NCBI RefSeq assembly: GCF_000015945.1
Contig: NC_009033.1
Coordinates: 480,001 to 512,000 of the forward strand
Origin: Staphylothermus marinus F1
GTDB lineage: Archaea > Thermoproteota > Thermoprotei_A > Sulfolobales > Desulfurococcaceae
Reading direction: 5' to 3'
DNA: 32,000 nucleotides
Both the position numbers and the translations under genes were made by a program. The notes beneath the pieces are model-generated. The model did not search any database. It saw nothing but the letters and a program-made list of their open reading frames with translations, and was not told where the DNA came from. Shown here one piece after another: positions 8,668-16,316 of the stretch. The first letter of the stretch is position 1; every line of letters starts with the position of its first letter.

Positions 8668-9354
8668 TTGGGGAATACTTTTTTATTATTAAGCATTATA
8701 CTTTTGTTCCCCTTAGCATTAATATCCGGAATTATTTCGCCTTTTAATAGTCCACAGACAATCACTGGTGAACTAAAATACGTCGTCATAGTTGATGGAG
8801 CACGTAGCGATAATCCTTTAGAGATAGTTTCTTTTCAATGTACAATATCGTTAAAGATCAAAGACAATAAAGTAGAAAGTATTACAGCATCAAATTTCAT
8901 TATCAATAATATACCTAACTCTATATCTTATAGATTTCAAGAATTCGTGAAAACATTGATCATTAAATGGTTTAATTCTTTCAGCTTATTCGATAAAGTT
9001 GAAAGCAATTCTAAAACATATATTAGTGTTAATGGAAGAATTGTTGAAGCATATATTGTTCCCAGAGATAATGGTGTAGAATATAGGGAGGCTAGTACAG
9101 GACTATATGTTGGCGGAGACAATGAATTACAAATAAGTATAGAAACAATTTCTCCAGTACATCTAAGATATAAGTATAATTTAAGCATTATCAGTTATCT
9201 ATTCAGTATTGAGCCAGAACAACTAATTAATTCCTTCGCCATAGTAGAGCCTCCGACAATTATTGTTAGGAATTCAACGATAATTATTGCAGCTGCTATA
9301 ACGGTTTTAGCTGTTAGAACATTGGTGAAGTGGAAAGATTATAGCATTATGTAG
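8668..9354 (+). CDS. Hypothetical secreted/membrane-anchored protein, 228 aa
   Basis: It has an N-terminal hydrophobic signal/TM segment (FLLLSIILLFPLALISGI) and a C-terminal TM (IIIAAAITVLAVRTLV). The TTG start is 1 nt after the ppa stop. Confidence 0.6.
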   Translation: MGNTFLLLSIILLFPLALISGIISPFNSPQTITGELKYVVIVDGARSDNPLEIVSFQCTISLKIKDNKVESITASNFIINNIPNSISYRFQEFVKTLIIKWFNSFSLFDKVESNSKTYISVNGRIVEAYIVPRDNGVEYREASTGLYVGGDNELQISIETISPVHLRYKYNLSIISYLFSIEPEQLINSFAIVEPPTIIVRNSTIIIAAAITVLAVRTLVKWKDYSIM

Positions 9355-9363
9355 AAACCATTT

Positions 9364-9417
9364 GATCAGAACGGCTCTTCGTCATCACGGGTCAGATTCG
9401 CAGGCGTTCTTCATCTC
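9364..9417 (-). ncRNA. C/D box sRNA candidate (2'-O-methylation guide)
   Basis: The minus strand reads gag-ATGAAGA-acgcctgcgaat-CTGA-ccc-GTGATGA-cgaagagccgtt-CTGA-tc. This corresponds to C box (9414-9408), 12-nt guide, D' (9395-9392), 3-nt loop, C' (9388-9382), 12-nt guide, D (9369-9366). It sits in a GC-elevated island (29/60 in 9361-9420) between convergent genes, with an AT-rich TATA-like run immediately upstream. Confidence 0.65.
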
Positions 9418-9452
9418 TAAATATTATTTATTATGCTCTCCCATTAATAACC

Positions 9453-10535
9453 CTAGATAATAGAAGATGATAAAACACGTGGGCCGGGAAGAACAATTGA
9501 TCTCCATCCCCGCTTATTTAGTTCACGTGCAAGTGCTTCAGCATTACCTTGCCTCGAACCATCCACTATAACTAGTCTAGGCTCTGCTTTTTCCACATAT
9601 TCTATTAACTCATCGAAATCTGCGTGATCACTCAAGGCTACGAGCCATGTATATCTATCTAGTTTCTTAATAGGCTCGTCGAACTCCCAACCACTTAGAA
9701 CAATGTATAAAGTATTATTTCCTAGACGCCTATGTCTAGCCTTATTGAAGTGTTCGAATAAGATGTATCTGTTACTTTTAAGAATTTCTCTTCCCTCCAA
9801 GCTCCTCATATTATAGTATTCCCCTATTTCATAACCATATTTCTCCGCAATCCTTGTAACTTCATATATTCTTTTAGGCATTAAGAATGGTTCTCTCACA
9901 CCATTCCTTCGAAGAATCTGCATTGCTTCCTGGATTTTCCCATGGTACCCGAAAATTACTACTTTACCATATATTTCTAAACCATCTAGAACAATATCAA
10001 CAAGGAGATCCTCTACTTCATTCTTGAAGGGTCTACGATAAGATGGATCGCCATATGTAGACTCAATAATTAATATATCTAATCCGTCCATGATCTTAGT
10101 ATTTTCTCCTAACTTAAAATCTCCAGTATATCCAATTCTAAGATCATTTGTTTCAATTAAGACCTGTGCTGAACCAATAATATGATGAGATGGAACAAGA
10201 ACGAGTTTTTCTTTTCCATAAATATATTCTTCATAATAGTTTAGTCTCACCATCTTGTTTTTATAAAGCATTCTAAGTTCTCTTCCACCAATATAGCCCA
10301 GAATTATTATTAGATCATGAGTAGCAGGAGTAGCTACTATTTGTTTAGAATAATATATGCTGTCTTTTAATCCCACAATATGATCATAGTGAGCATGAGA
10401 TATTACTCTAACAGGCTTCTCAGCAAAACCATCTATAGCAAAATTTTCTCCCACAATAATTGCTGAAGTATCCTCTAATATATCAACATATTTTAGTAGT
10501 TCAGAGTAGCTCCTAGATTTCGCCAAGCATTCCAC
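9453..10535 (-). CDS. Metallo-beta-lactamase-fold nuclease, short beta-CASP-like form
   Basis: HAHYDH (the HxHxDH motif) lies near the N-terminus. A late 'SDHADFDELIEYVEKAEPRLVIVDG' resembles beta-CASP motif C and the C-terminal strand. At 360 aa it is shorter than CPSF-type enzymes. Confidence 0.7.
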   Translation of the reverse strand: MECLAKSRSYSELLKYVDILEDTSAIIVGENFAIDGFAEKPVRVISHAHYDHIVGLKDSIYYSKQIVATPATHDLIIILGYIGGRELRMLYKNKMVRLNYYEEYIYGKEKLVLVPSHHIIGSAQVLIETNDLRIGYTGDFKLGENTKIMDGLDILIIESTYGDPSYRRPFKNEVEDLLVDIVLDGLEIYGKVVIFGYHGKIQEAMQILRRNGVREPFLMPKRIYEVTRIAEKYGYEIGEYYNMRSLEGREILKSNRYILFEHFNKARHRRLGNNTLYIVLSGWEFDEPIKKLDRYTWLVALSDHADFDELIEYVEKAEPRLVIVDGSRQGNAEALARELNKRGWRSIVLPGPRVLSSSII

Positions 10536-10602
10536 GCTCAGTCAGCGTTTTATTGCTGTTTATCAACATGGATATATTGGTTTCTAGATTAAGAATTTAT
10601 TA

Positions 10603-11319
10603 CTAGGAAAAAATTCTTGTTTCGCTTATTGGTTTCCATTTCCTAGTTTTCGCATCGAAAAATATTAGAGGCTCGCTTCTAAGTCTAAGGAATAACTGAT
10701 ATTCTAATGGATCTAGTTTTTCCTTGATTATTTCATCGTTATCTGTATCTATTTCTTCGAAGAGTTTCTTCTTAAAATTCTCCCAAAACTCCGCGTCAAC
10801 AGCTACTCTTTCTCCTCTTAAAGGAATCACTACAGCCCCCATTCTCTCCAAGTAATTAAAGAATTTATCTCTATATCTAAGCCCTGTAAGCTTACTTTCA
10901 AATAATACTTTCTCTTCCTTAAGTCTCTCGATTCCTGTCTTACGCTGCCTTATAGGTTTCTCTCTCTGTATAGGCGTTGGACGAGTAATTTTTGTTGTTA
11001 TTTCCTGCACTTTCTTATCTATATCATTAATTCTTTTCTCTAACTCGTCGATTTTATCATATAATTCTATTATTTGCCTCCTTAAATTCTCTACAACCAT
11101 TAATTGCTCATTTACAGCATCCTGCACATATCTTTTAATCCTTGTCTTAAGCTTATCTAGTGAAGGAATAGTTTCAGCTCCTACTGCTTGATTGATGAGT
11201 GCTAGTATATAATCGCTGATCATAGAGTATCCTTCTTTCTCGGCTTTAGCTAATAGTTTCCGATAGGTTTCTTCATCTACCCTTATAGTTAATACTTTGT
11301 ATTTTTCCTTCCCAGCCAT
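10603..11319 (-). CDS. Ribbon-helix-helix (CopG/Arc-like) N-terminal domain protein with long coiled coil and unknown C-terminal domain
   Basis: 'KVLTIRVDEETYRKLLAKAEKEGYSMISDYILALI' has a strand-helix-helix pattern. The central segment LRRQIIELYDKIDELEKRINDIDKKVQEI is coiled coil. The C-terminal ~100 aa are unrecognised. Confidence 0.6.
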   Translation of the reverse strand: MAGKEKYKVLTIRVDEETYRKLLAKAEKEGYSMISDYILALINQAVGAETIPSLDKLKTRIKRYVQDAVNEQLMVVENLRRQIIELYDKIDELEKRINDIDKKVQEITTKITRPTPIQREKPIRQRKTGIERLKEEKVLFESKLTGLRYRDKFFNYLERMGAVVIPLRGERVAVDAEFWENFKKKLFEEIDTDNDEIIKEKLDPLEYQLFLRLRSEPLIFFDAKTRKWKPISETRIFS

Positions 11320-11464
11320 TCCACACCATCAACTAAATATTTATGTATAATCACAGCTTTAAACCTCTAATTATATAAATGAGTGATTGATGATGAAGCC
11401 TCTACTCGATGAATATAAATGATTGAGTCCTCCCTAATAGCTGAACAGTATAGGTGTGTGTGAT

Positions 11465-12325
11465 ATGGAGAAACTATTATTCGCTGATGCGCATTCTCAT
11501 ATAAATCCCATAAGAGGTCTTGGAGCTCGTAGAATAGCTTCCAAGTTTAAAAATAGTGGTGGATGGTTTATTGCATTGGTTTCTCTACCACCATACTATT
11601 ATGGATTCAATGATTTAACAATTGAAAACTATGCTAAGACAATTGAGTTATTGATAAATGAAGCAAAAATTATGCGTAGTTATGGTTTAAAGGTTAAGTT
11701 ATTGGCGGGTTTTCACCCTGCAGAAGTTGATGAGCATTTTCGTAGGGGAAGAGATTTAAAATATATTGTTGAATTCGCCGATGAAGTATTTAAGTTAATA
11801 ATTGATTATCACCGAAAGGGATATATTGATGGAATAGGGGAAGTGGGTAGACAACACTATAGTACTGCTCCAAGCAGAATCATTGCTTCTGAACTAATAC
11901 TTATCAAAGCAATGGAGTATGCAAGAGACCATGATATGATTATGCATCTACACCTTGAACAGGGGGGATGGGTTACTGTTGAGTCAATAGATAAACTGAG
12001 GAGGATAACTGGGATTATGCGTGAAAAAGTTTTCCTACACCACGTAGATTATGAAACAAGTGTTTGGAGCGAAAAATACGGATACTGGTATACAGTACCT
12101 GCTAAGAAGAGAATATTGTCTAAGGTATTATCTGAGAAAAGAAACTATATACTGGTTGAGTCAGACTTCATCGATGACCCTGATAGGCCTGGAGTATCTT
12201 CGTATCCATGGGATATTCCTAAAAGGATCAAGGAATTACTAAGTGAGGGAATAATTAATGTTGAAAACGTATATAGATCAATGATTGACAACATAGTGAA
12301 AGCATATAGGGTTGAACCTCCCTAA
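11465..12325 (+). CDS. TatD-related metal-dependent hydrolase (TIM-barrel amidohydrolase fold)
   Basis: 'FADAHSHINP' is the start-of-barrel HxH motif, with later HLHLEQ and HHVD motifs. The track starts at GTG 11456, but ATG 11465 lies 8 nt after AGGTG (11452-11456) and is preferred. Confidence 0.75.
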   Translation: MEKLLFADAHSHINPIRGLGARRIASKFKNSGGWFIALVSLPPYYYGFNDLTIENYAKTIELLINEAKIMRSYGLKVKLLAGFHPAEVDEHFRRGRDLKYIVEFADEVFKLIIDYHRKGYIDGIGEVGRQHYSTAPSRIIASELILIKAMEYARDHDMIMHLHLEQGGWVTVESIDKLRRITGIMREKVFLHHVDYETSVWSEKYGYWYTVPAKKRILSKVLSEKRNYILVESDFIDDPDRPGVSSYPWDIPKRIKELLSEGIINVENVYRSMIDNIVKAYRVEPP

Positions 12326-12326
12326 A

Positions 12327-12476
12327 TTATAGTTCATCTCGTAGAATATGTAGATATATTTTTGAATTAGCAGAACATAGTTCTTTAATCTCCTCTAAAA
12401 GCTTATCAAGTTCATTTTCTGAACCTATCTCTACTAAAGCATCTATACATCTAACAACCTTAATCCTATATAGCAT
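12327..12476 (-). CDS. Candidate small protein, 49 aa (below ORF-track cutoff)
   Basis: Minus-strand ATG at 12476 and TAA at 12329-12327. The product is MLYRIKVVRCIDALVEIGSENELDKLLEEIKELCSANSKIYLHILRDEL. An AGGT-containing purine run lies 8 nt upstream and TTTATAA about 28 nt upstream. The ORF fills an otherwise empty 250-bp gap. Confidence 0.4.
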   Translation of the reverse strand: MLYRIKVVRCIDALVEIGSENELDKLLEEIKELCSANSKIYLHILRDEL

Positions 12477-12575
12477 AGCTAATACCTGCCCCAGATAAGC
12501 TACGTTATAAATTATTTTAATATTATTTTATCCAATTTTTTCTAAATAACACATGTATCAGGTGGTGTTATTGCT

Positions 12576-12863
12576 TTGAAGGTTTGTGATATTTGTGAAT
12601 CTAAGCCTGCTAAATACAAGTGCCCAGTTTGTGGAAGATATGTTTGTGAAGATGATTTTGATTTTAACAAGGGGGTTTGTAAGGTTTGTAGTGAAACCAT
12701 GTGTGAGATTTGTGGAAAGTATCCATCAATAGGATACTGTATGATATGTGGTAGGAATGGGTGCGAGGATTGTTTAATACAGGTTACACCTGTTTCCTAT
12801 GTATGTAAAGAATGTATTAGGCAGGGGAGATATAGGCTTGAAACTTGGCAGAGCATATCATGA
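12576..12863 (+). CDS. Cys-rich multi-CxxC zinc-ribbon/B-box-like protein, 95 aa
   Basis: It carries eight CxxC pairs (CDIC, CPVC, CKVC, CEIC, CMIC, CEDC, CKEC plus C-E-D-D) and an internal duplication (KCPVCGRYVCEDDF / YCMICGRNGCEDCL). TTG start, 9 nt after AGGTGG. Confidence 0.7.
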   Translation: MKVCDICESKPAKYKCPVCGRYVCEDDFDFNKGVCKVCSETMCEICGKYPSIGYCMICGRNGCEDCLIQVTPVSYVCKECIRQGRYRLETWQSIS

Positions 12864-13866
12864 AGGCGGTAAACCATCTTGGGAATTCTTATCAGAAATG
12901 TTATCAATACTTCCAACTATGGATCCTGATCTAATTGTTGGACCAAGCATCGGTGAAGACGCAGCTATTATTAGGTTTAAGGATGGCTTTCTCATTGTGC
13001 ATAGTGATCCAATAACGGCTGCTACTAGAAGGATTGGATGGTTAGCAGTACATATTGTTGCAAATGATATAGCTGTTAGAGGAGCTACGCCTAGATGGTT
13101 TTTACCAGTAATACTTTTACCTCCCAAATACCCGGTTGAACAGATAGAGAGTATTTTTGAGGATATAGGCTTAGCCACACGTTCTCTCGGAGCAACAGTG
13201 ATCGGCGGCCATACAGAGTTTACTCCAGGTATTCCTAGACCTATAATTTCTATGACAGCTATTGGTTATAGTATGGATAAAGTAGTTTTGACAAGAAATG
13301 CTCGACCAGGAGATAAAATATTTATTATTGGTCGTGTAGGTGGAGAGGGGGCTAGTGTTATAGCTTGGGACTTCGAGGATTTATTGCTGAGAAAAGGTAT
13401 AAGCAGAGATATTATTGCTAAAGCAAAAGAATACTTTACGGGTATCAGCGTCGTTGATAAAGCATTATTGATTAGAGACTACGTTAATTCAATGCATGAT
13501 CCCACCGAGGGCGGATTATTGCAGGGACTAAGAGAAGTAGCTAAAGCAAGTAATACAAGAATTATTCTCGACGCGGATAAGATTATATTAGACCCTGTTG
13601 TCAAAGAAATAACTTCTGCACTAAAACTAGATCCGTTGAAAATCCTTAGTAGCGGTGTATTAATAGCTTCAGTTCCGAAAGAGAACACTAGGCAAGTTGA
13701 AGATTTGCTTCAGGAAAAAGAATACAAGTACTCAATAGCAGGATATATATCAGAATATGTTAAAGGAGGAGAACTAATAGTTGAACAAAACGGAAAAACA
13801 ATAAGAATAATAGAAGATGTTGTTGATGAAATATATAAGTTGTGGAGCAGGGAAAGCTATATTTAA
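12799..13866 (+). CDS. AIR synthase-related protein (PurM/ThiL/HypE/SelD superfamily, COG2144-like)
   Basis: 'VGPSIGEDAAII', 'VHSDPIT' and 'ANDIAVRGATP' are the N-domain motifs of the PurM superfamily, followed by the C-domain 'HDPTEGGL'. The start is uncertain: ATG 12799 overlaps the zinc-ribbon gene by 65 nt, whereas ATG 12898 (MLSILPTMDPD) avoids the overlap. Confidence 0.75.
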   Translation: MYVKNVLGRGDIGLKLGRAYHEGGKPSWEFLSEMLSILPTMDPDLIVGPSIGEDAAIIRFKDGFLIVHSDPITAATRRIGWLAVHIVANDIAVRGATPRWFLPVILLPPKYPVEQIESIFEDIGLATRSLGATVIGGHTEFTPGIPRPIISMTAIGYSMDKVVLTRNARPGDKIFIIGRVGGEGASVIAWDFEDLLLRKGISRDIIAKAKEYFTGISVVDKALLIRDYVNSMHDPTEGGLLQGLREVAKASNTRIILDADKIILDPVVKEITSALKLDPLKILSSGVLIASVPKENTRQVEDLLQEKEYKYSIAGYISEYVKGGELIVEQNGKTIRIIEDVVDEIYKLWSRESYI

Positions 13867-13870
13867 TAAG

Positions 13871-13899
13871 TTCATGGATTATATGAGTAAATCCATGAA
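13871..13899. promoter_or_regulatory. Perfect 10-bp inverted repeat with 9-nt spacer between two genes
   Basis: TTCATGGATT (13871-13880), atatgagta, AATCCATGAA (13890-13899). It lies 5 nt after the upstream stop and 27 nt before the next ATG. The spacer and inner left arm (13879-13886) contain the TATA-like TTATATGA. Confidence 0.45.
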
Positions 13900-13925
13900 G
13901 AATAAGTAGAGAAGGGCGAGAAAAT

Positions 13926-14450
13926 ATGGTTAAAGATACATTAATAGAAGCTAGAAACGTGGTTAGATCAGCGATGGAATCAATAGATAGAAGAATCCTG
14001 TCAAGATCAACCGAGTTAAAGGCAAGAACGGTTAGTGTTGCAAGTAGAATATATGAAGTTCTAAACTTTATTGATGCAATCTTGGGAGGCGTCATTGATA
14101 GAGTAGGAGAAGAAGATGCTAGTAGAATTGTATCCTTCGGTACATACTTCTACCTAGCACCCTACGAGGACTCATTCACATTGGTTAGGAGCAAACCCTA
14201 CATGATAACTATATCTTATAAGAAGGGTGAAGGGAAACTTTATGTTAAAACCAAAAACTTTAAAGCAGAAATTACGCCATCAACTATGGAACTAACCAAG
14301 TTATCCATGAAGATTAAAGTAGACCTTAGAAGTCCTGAAGATATTTCTAAGAAACTACCAGAGATAAAGTATTTGCTGAGAAGCCTGGGTAGAATAATAG
14401 AGTACCAATTACTCCCAGTAGCCGAGAAAAGGCTAGGGTTAAAGCTATAG
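13926..14450 (+). CDS. Hypothetical protein, 174 aa
   Basis: ORF with an ATG start. The N-terminal part looks helical and the C-terminal half beta-rich. No domain recognised. Confidence 0.55.
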   Translation: MVKDTLIEARNVVRSAMESIDRRILSRSTELKARTVSVASRIYEVLNFIDAILGGVIDRVGEEDASRIVSFGTYFYLAPYEDSFTLVRSKPYMITISYKKGEGKLYVKTKNFKAEITPSTMELTKLSMKIKVDLRSPEDISKKLPEIKYLLRSLGRIIEYQLLPVAEKRLGLKL

Positions 14451-14499
14451 AATATGTTATAAATTATATAAAAACACTTTAATTTATTAAATATAGATT

Positions 14500-15138
14500 T
14501 TATGGAGAAACTTCGCCCGACTTTTCTGCTTCAGTTAATAGTTTCGGTAATTCAGCATAATGCTCCTTAAGCTTCTGTTCTGCAACTATCTTCGCTTCTT
14601 CAAATATCTTCCTAGCCTCACTGTCTAGTCCAACATCTAGTTCGGCTGATATATCTGCTATTCCTGTATTCATTGAAGACTCTAATTCTCTCAGTGCTAC
14701 TTGTAGATCAATCCATACATCTGGTGCTACAGAGCGAACTATTCCAACAGCTTCCTTCATAACACCAACTATCGGCTGCAATTCCTTCATTGCTCCACCA
14801 AACACGAGGAATGTTTCTAATTTGAGAGAAGCATGTTCTAAAGCATATTGTACTGTTATTAATTGCTTAGCAACTTTTCTAAGCTCAGATACTTCTTTAG
14901 CATACATCTTAGCTTTTCTCTCATCTCTCTTTATTAATGCATCTACAACACTTTGGAAAAGCTCGCGATCTCTTTGCTCTATTTTTGCCAGATAATTATT
15001 AATTCTTCCTAAAGCAGTTTTAACACGGTAATGAGCAATAATTGCCTTTTTCTCTATCGGTTCACGATCATTTTTGAACAATGATTTAATCTTGTCCCCT
15101 ATTGTTTGTTGGTTGTTTCCAAACCAGATATTAGACAT
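14500..15138 (-). CDS. cdvB: ESCRT-III (Snf7/CdvB family) cell-division protein paralogue
   Basis: The segment 'EQRDRELFQSVVDALIKRDERKAKMYAKEVSELRKVAKQLITVQYALEHASLKLETF' and the later 'VAPDV...' parallel the Sulfolobus CdvB-family sequence pattern as I recall it. The acidic/Pro C-terminus (AELPKLL...SGEVSP) is MIM-like. GGTGAT lies 7 nt before the ATG. At 212 aa the length suggests a paralogue lacking the C-terminal winged helix. Confidence 0.75.
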   Translation of the reverse strand: MSNIWFGNNQQTIGDKIKSLFKNDREPIEKKAIIAHYRVKTALGRINNYLAKIEQRDRELFQSVVDALIKRDERKAKMYAKEVSELRKVAKQLITVQYALEHASLKLETFLVFGGAMKELQPIVGVMKEAVGIVRSVAPDVWIDLQVALRELESSMNTGIADISAELDVGLDSEARKIFEEAKIVAEQKLKEHYAELPKLLTEAEKSGEVSP

Positions 15139-15280
15139 TTATCCCATCACCCGTTTCCACATATCCAGTCTCTTTATGGTGGAAGATATAGTTAAAAAGG
15201 CGAGGACTCAATTATACTATATAAACAGTGCCGTAATGAAGAATAATATTTCTAGAACTAGTAGAAGGAGGATGAAAACA

Positions 15281-15625
15281 ATGACAACTGCACGTAGAAT
15301 GTTCGTAATAAATAAACTCCTTAGAAAAAAGAATGTTGTAGGAAAAGTAGCTGCTAGATATGTTGCCGCTGGTTTCAATGTAACAGTTAATCCACCGCTT
15401 AAAGGAGTTTATTTCACAGCTTCCAAACATGGGGTAAGGTATGCTGGCATAGTTCTTTGGCAGAAGAAAAAAGTAGGAGAAGAAATTATTGGTAAAGCAA
15501 AAGAAATTGCTGATAAATACAAAGTGAAACCCATTATTATACTGTATGGTTCAGGCCCGATAATTGACAAAGACATTGTGGCTAAAGCTAGAGAAGCAGG
15601 CATAATCATTAAGAGAATAAGGTGA
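15281..15625 (+). CDS. Small basic hypothetical protein, possibly a degenerate restriction-endonuclease-like (Mrr/PD-(D/E)xK) fold
   Basis: Track ORF 15074..15625, but its first ~65 codons overlap cdvB antisense. TATATAAA at 15217-15224 and AGGAGG at 15265-15270 favour ATG 15281 (or 15272). The layout 'GKVAARYVAAGFNV...YAGIVLWQKKKV...PIIILYG...AREAGIIIKRI' resembles Mrr-type nuclease cores, but the acidic catalytic residues are not evident. Confidence 0.5.
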   Translation: MTTARRMFVINKLLRKKNVVGKVAARYVAAGFNVTVNPPLKGVYFTASKHGVRYAGIVLWQKKKVGEEIIGKAKEIADKYKVKPIIILYGSGPIIDKDIVAKAREAGIIIKRIR

Positions 15626-15632
15626 TATACTA

Positions 15633-15941
15633 GTGAAAAATATGGATACCCCTAAATCACTTGAAGAATACATAGTATGTAGACAAGATTGTCCACTCAG
15701 ATTTCTAGAAGCACTAGCCATGAATGGATTCGCGGTGAAAGCTTGGACTGAGAACTGTGAAGGAGAGAAGTTCAAAAAAATAGTTGTAGAATTATTTAAT
15801 GGAACAAGAATAAATAGTGAATGCAGATTCTATGAGGAAGTAAAGCAAAGTCTAAGAATAATTAATGTTTATATTGGATTCGCTAGAAGGAATAAGGCCT
15901 GGGAAAAATTAGAGATTATCGAAGGTGAAGAAGAGAAATAA
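15633..15941 (+). CDS. Hypothetical protein, 102 aa
   Basis: GTG start 7 nt after AGGTGA (15620-15625), which overlaps the upstream stop. Four Cys residues are scattered through the sequence. No domain recognised. Confidence 0.5.
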   Translation: MKNMDTPKSLEEYIVCRQDCPLRFLEALAMNGFAVKAWTENCEGEKFKKIVVELFNGTRINSECRFYEEVKQSLRIINVYIGFARRNKAWEKLEIIEGEEEK

Positions 15942-15956
15942 ACAAAAAGCTAGAAC

Positions 15957-16289
15957 CTACTTCGAACTATTCACTACTTCATCTAGCCAATCCAAGTATT
16001 TTGCAAAGCCAATAATTAGTGGAATAGCAACTATTTCTGGTACTTCATAACTATGTTTTTCCTTAACGTATTCAACAAGTTTACCGAACTTATCAAGCCT
16101 CGTCTTTATAATCAATAAAGACTCGTTTCCTTCCTCAACCCTGCCTTGCCACCAGTAAATACTATGGATCTTATCTACTATGTTTACACAAGCACCTAGT
16201 TTTTCCTTAACGATCCCTTCAGCGATCTTCTTAGCTTCTTCATAATTGCTCGCGGTTATAAATACAATAATCCATCCACCTTTAATCAT
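15957..16289 (-). CDS. cutA: CutA1 divalent-cation tolerance protein
   Basis: 'IIVFITASNYEEAKKIAEGIVKEKLGACVNI...YWWQGRVE' is the CutA1 signature. The track extends to ATG 16310, but ATG 16289 (MIKGGW) gives the family-typical N-terminus. Confidence 0.85.
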   Translation of the reverse strand: MIKGGWIIVFITASNYEEAKKIAEGIVKEKLGACVNIVDKIHSIYWWQGRVEEGNESLLIIKTRLDKFGKLVEYVKEKHSYEVPEIVAIPLIIGFAKYLDWLDEVVNSSK

Positions 16290-16316
16290 GTACGAATCCC
16301 CACACCTCATATATTA

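Noticed and set aside
10603-11319. Possibility that the 238-aa coiled-coil protein is CdvA
   Set aside because: The size and coiled coil are reminiscent of CdvA. However, the N-terminus is a ribbon-helix-helix pattern rather than a PRC-barrel-like domain, and the gene is not adjacent to the CdvB paralogue.
11388-11444. C/D box-like string on the plus strand: ATGATGA-agcctctactcg-ATGA-atataa-ATGATTGA-(14 nt)-CTGA
   Set aside because: The terminal C and D boxes are good, but D' and C' are poor and the second spacer is 14 nt. The region is not GC-elevated. It is flanked upstream by one TATA-like element (11371-11380) and contains another (~11413-11420), and it sits directly upstream of the SD/start of the TatD-like gene. 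It is more simply explained as a divergent promoter region, though still worth a covariance-model scan.
12051-12242. 63-aa plus-strand ORF in an alternative frame inside the TatD-like gene
   Set aside because: It is nested out of frame within a recognised CDS and has no independent signals.
15074-15280. N-terminal ~69 codons of track ORF 15074..15625
   Set aside because: This stretch overlaps the cdvB coding region and promoter in antisense. The TATA (15217-15224) and AGGAGG (15265-15270) support a start at 15272 or 15281.
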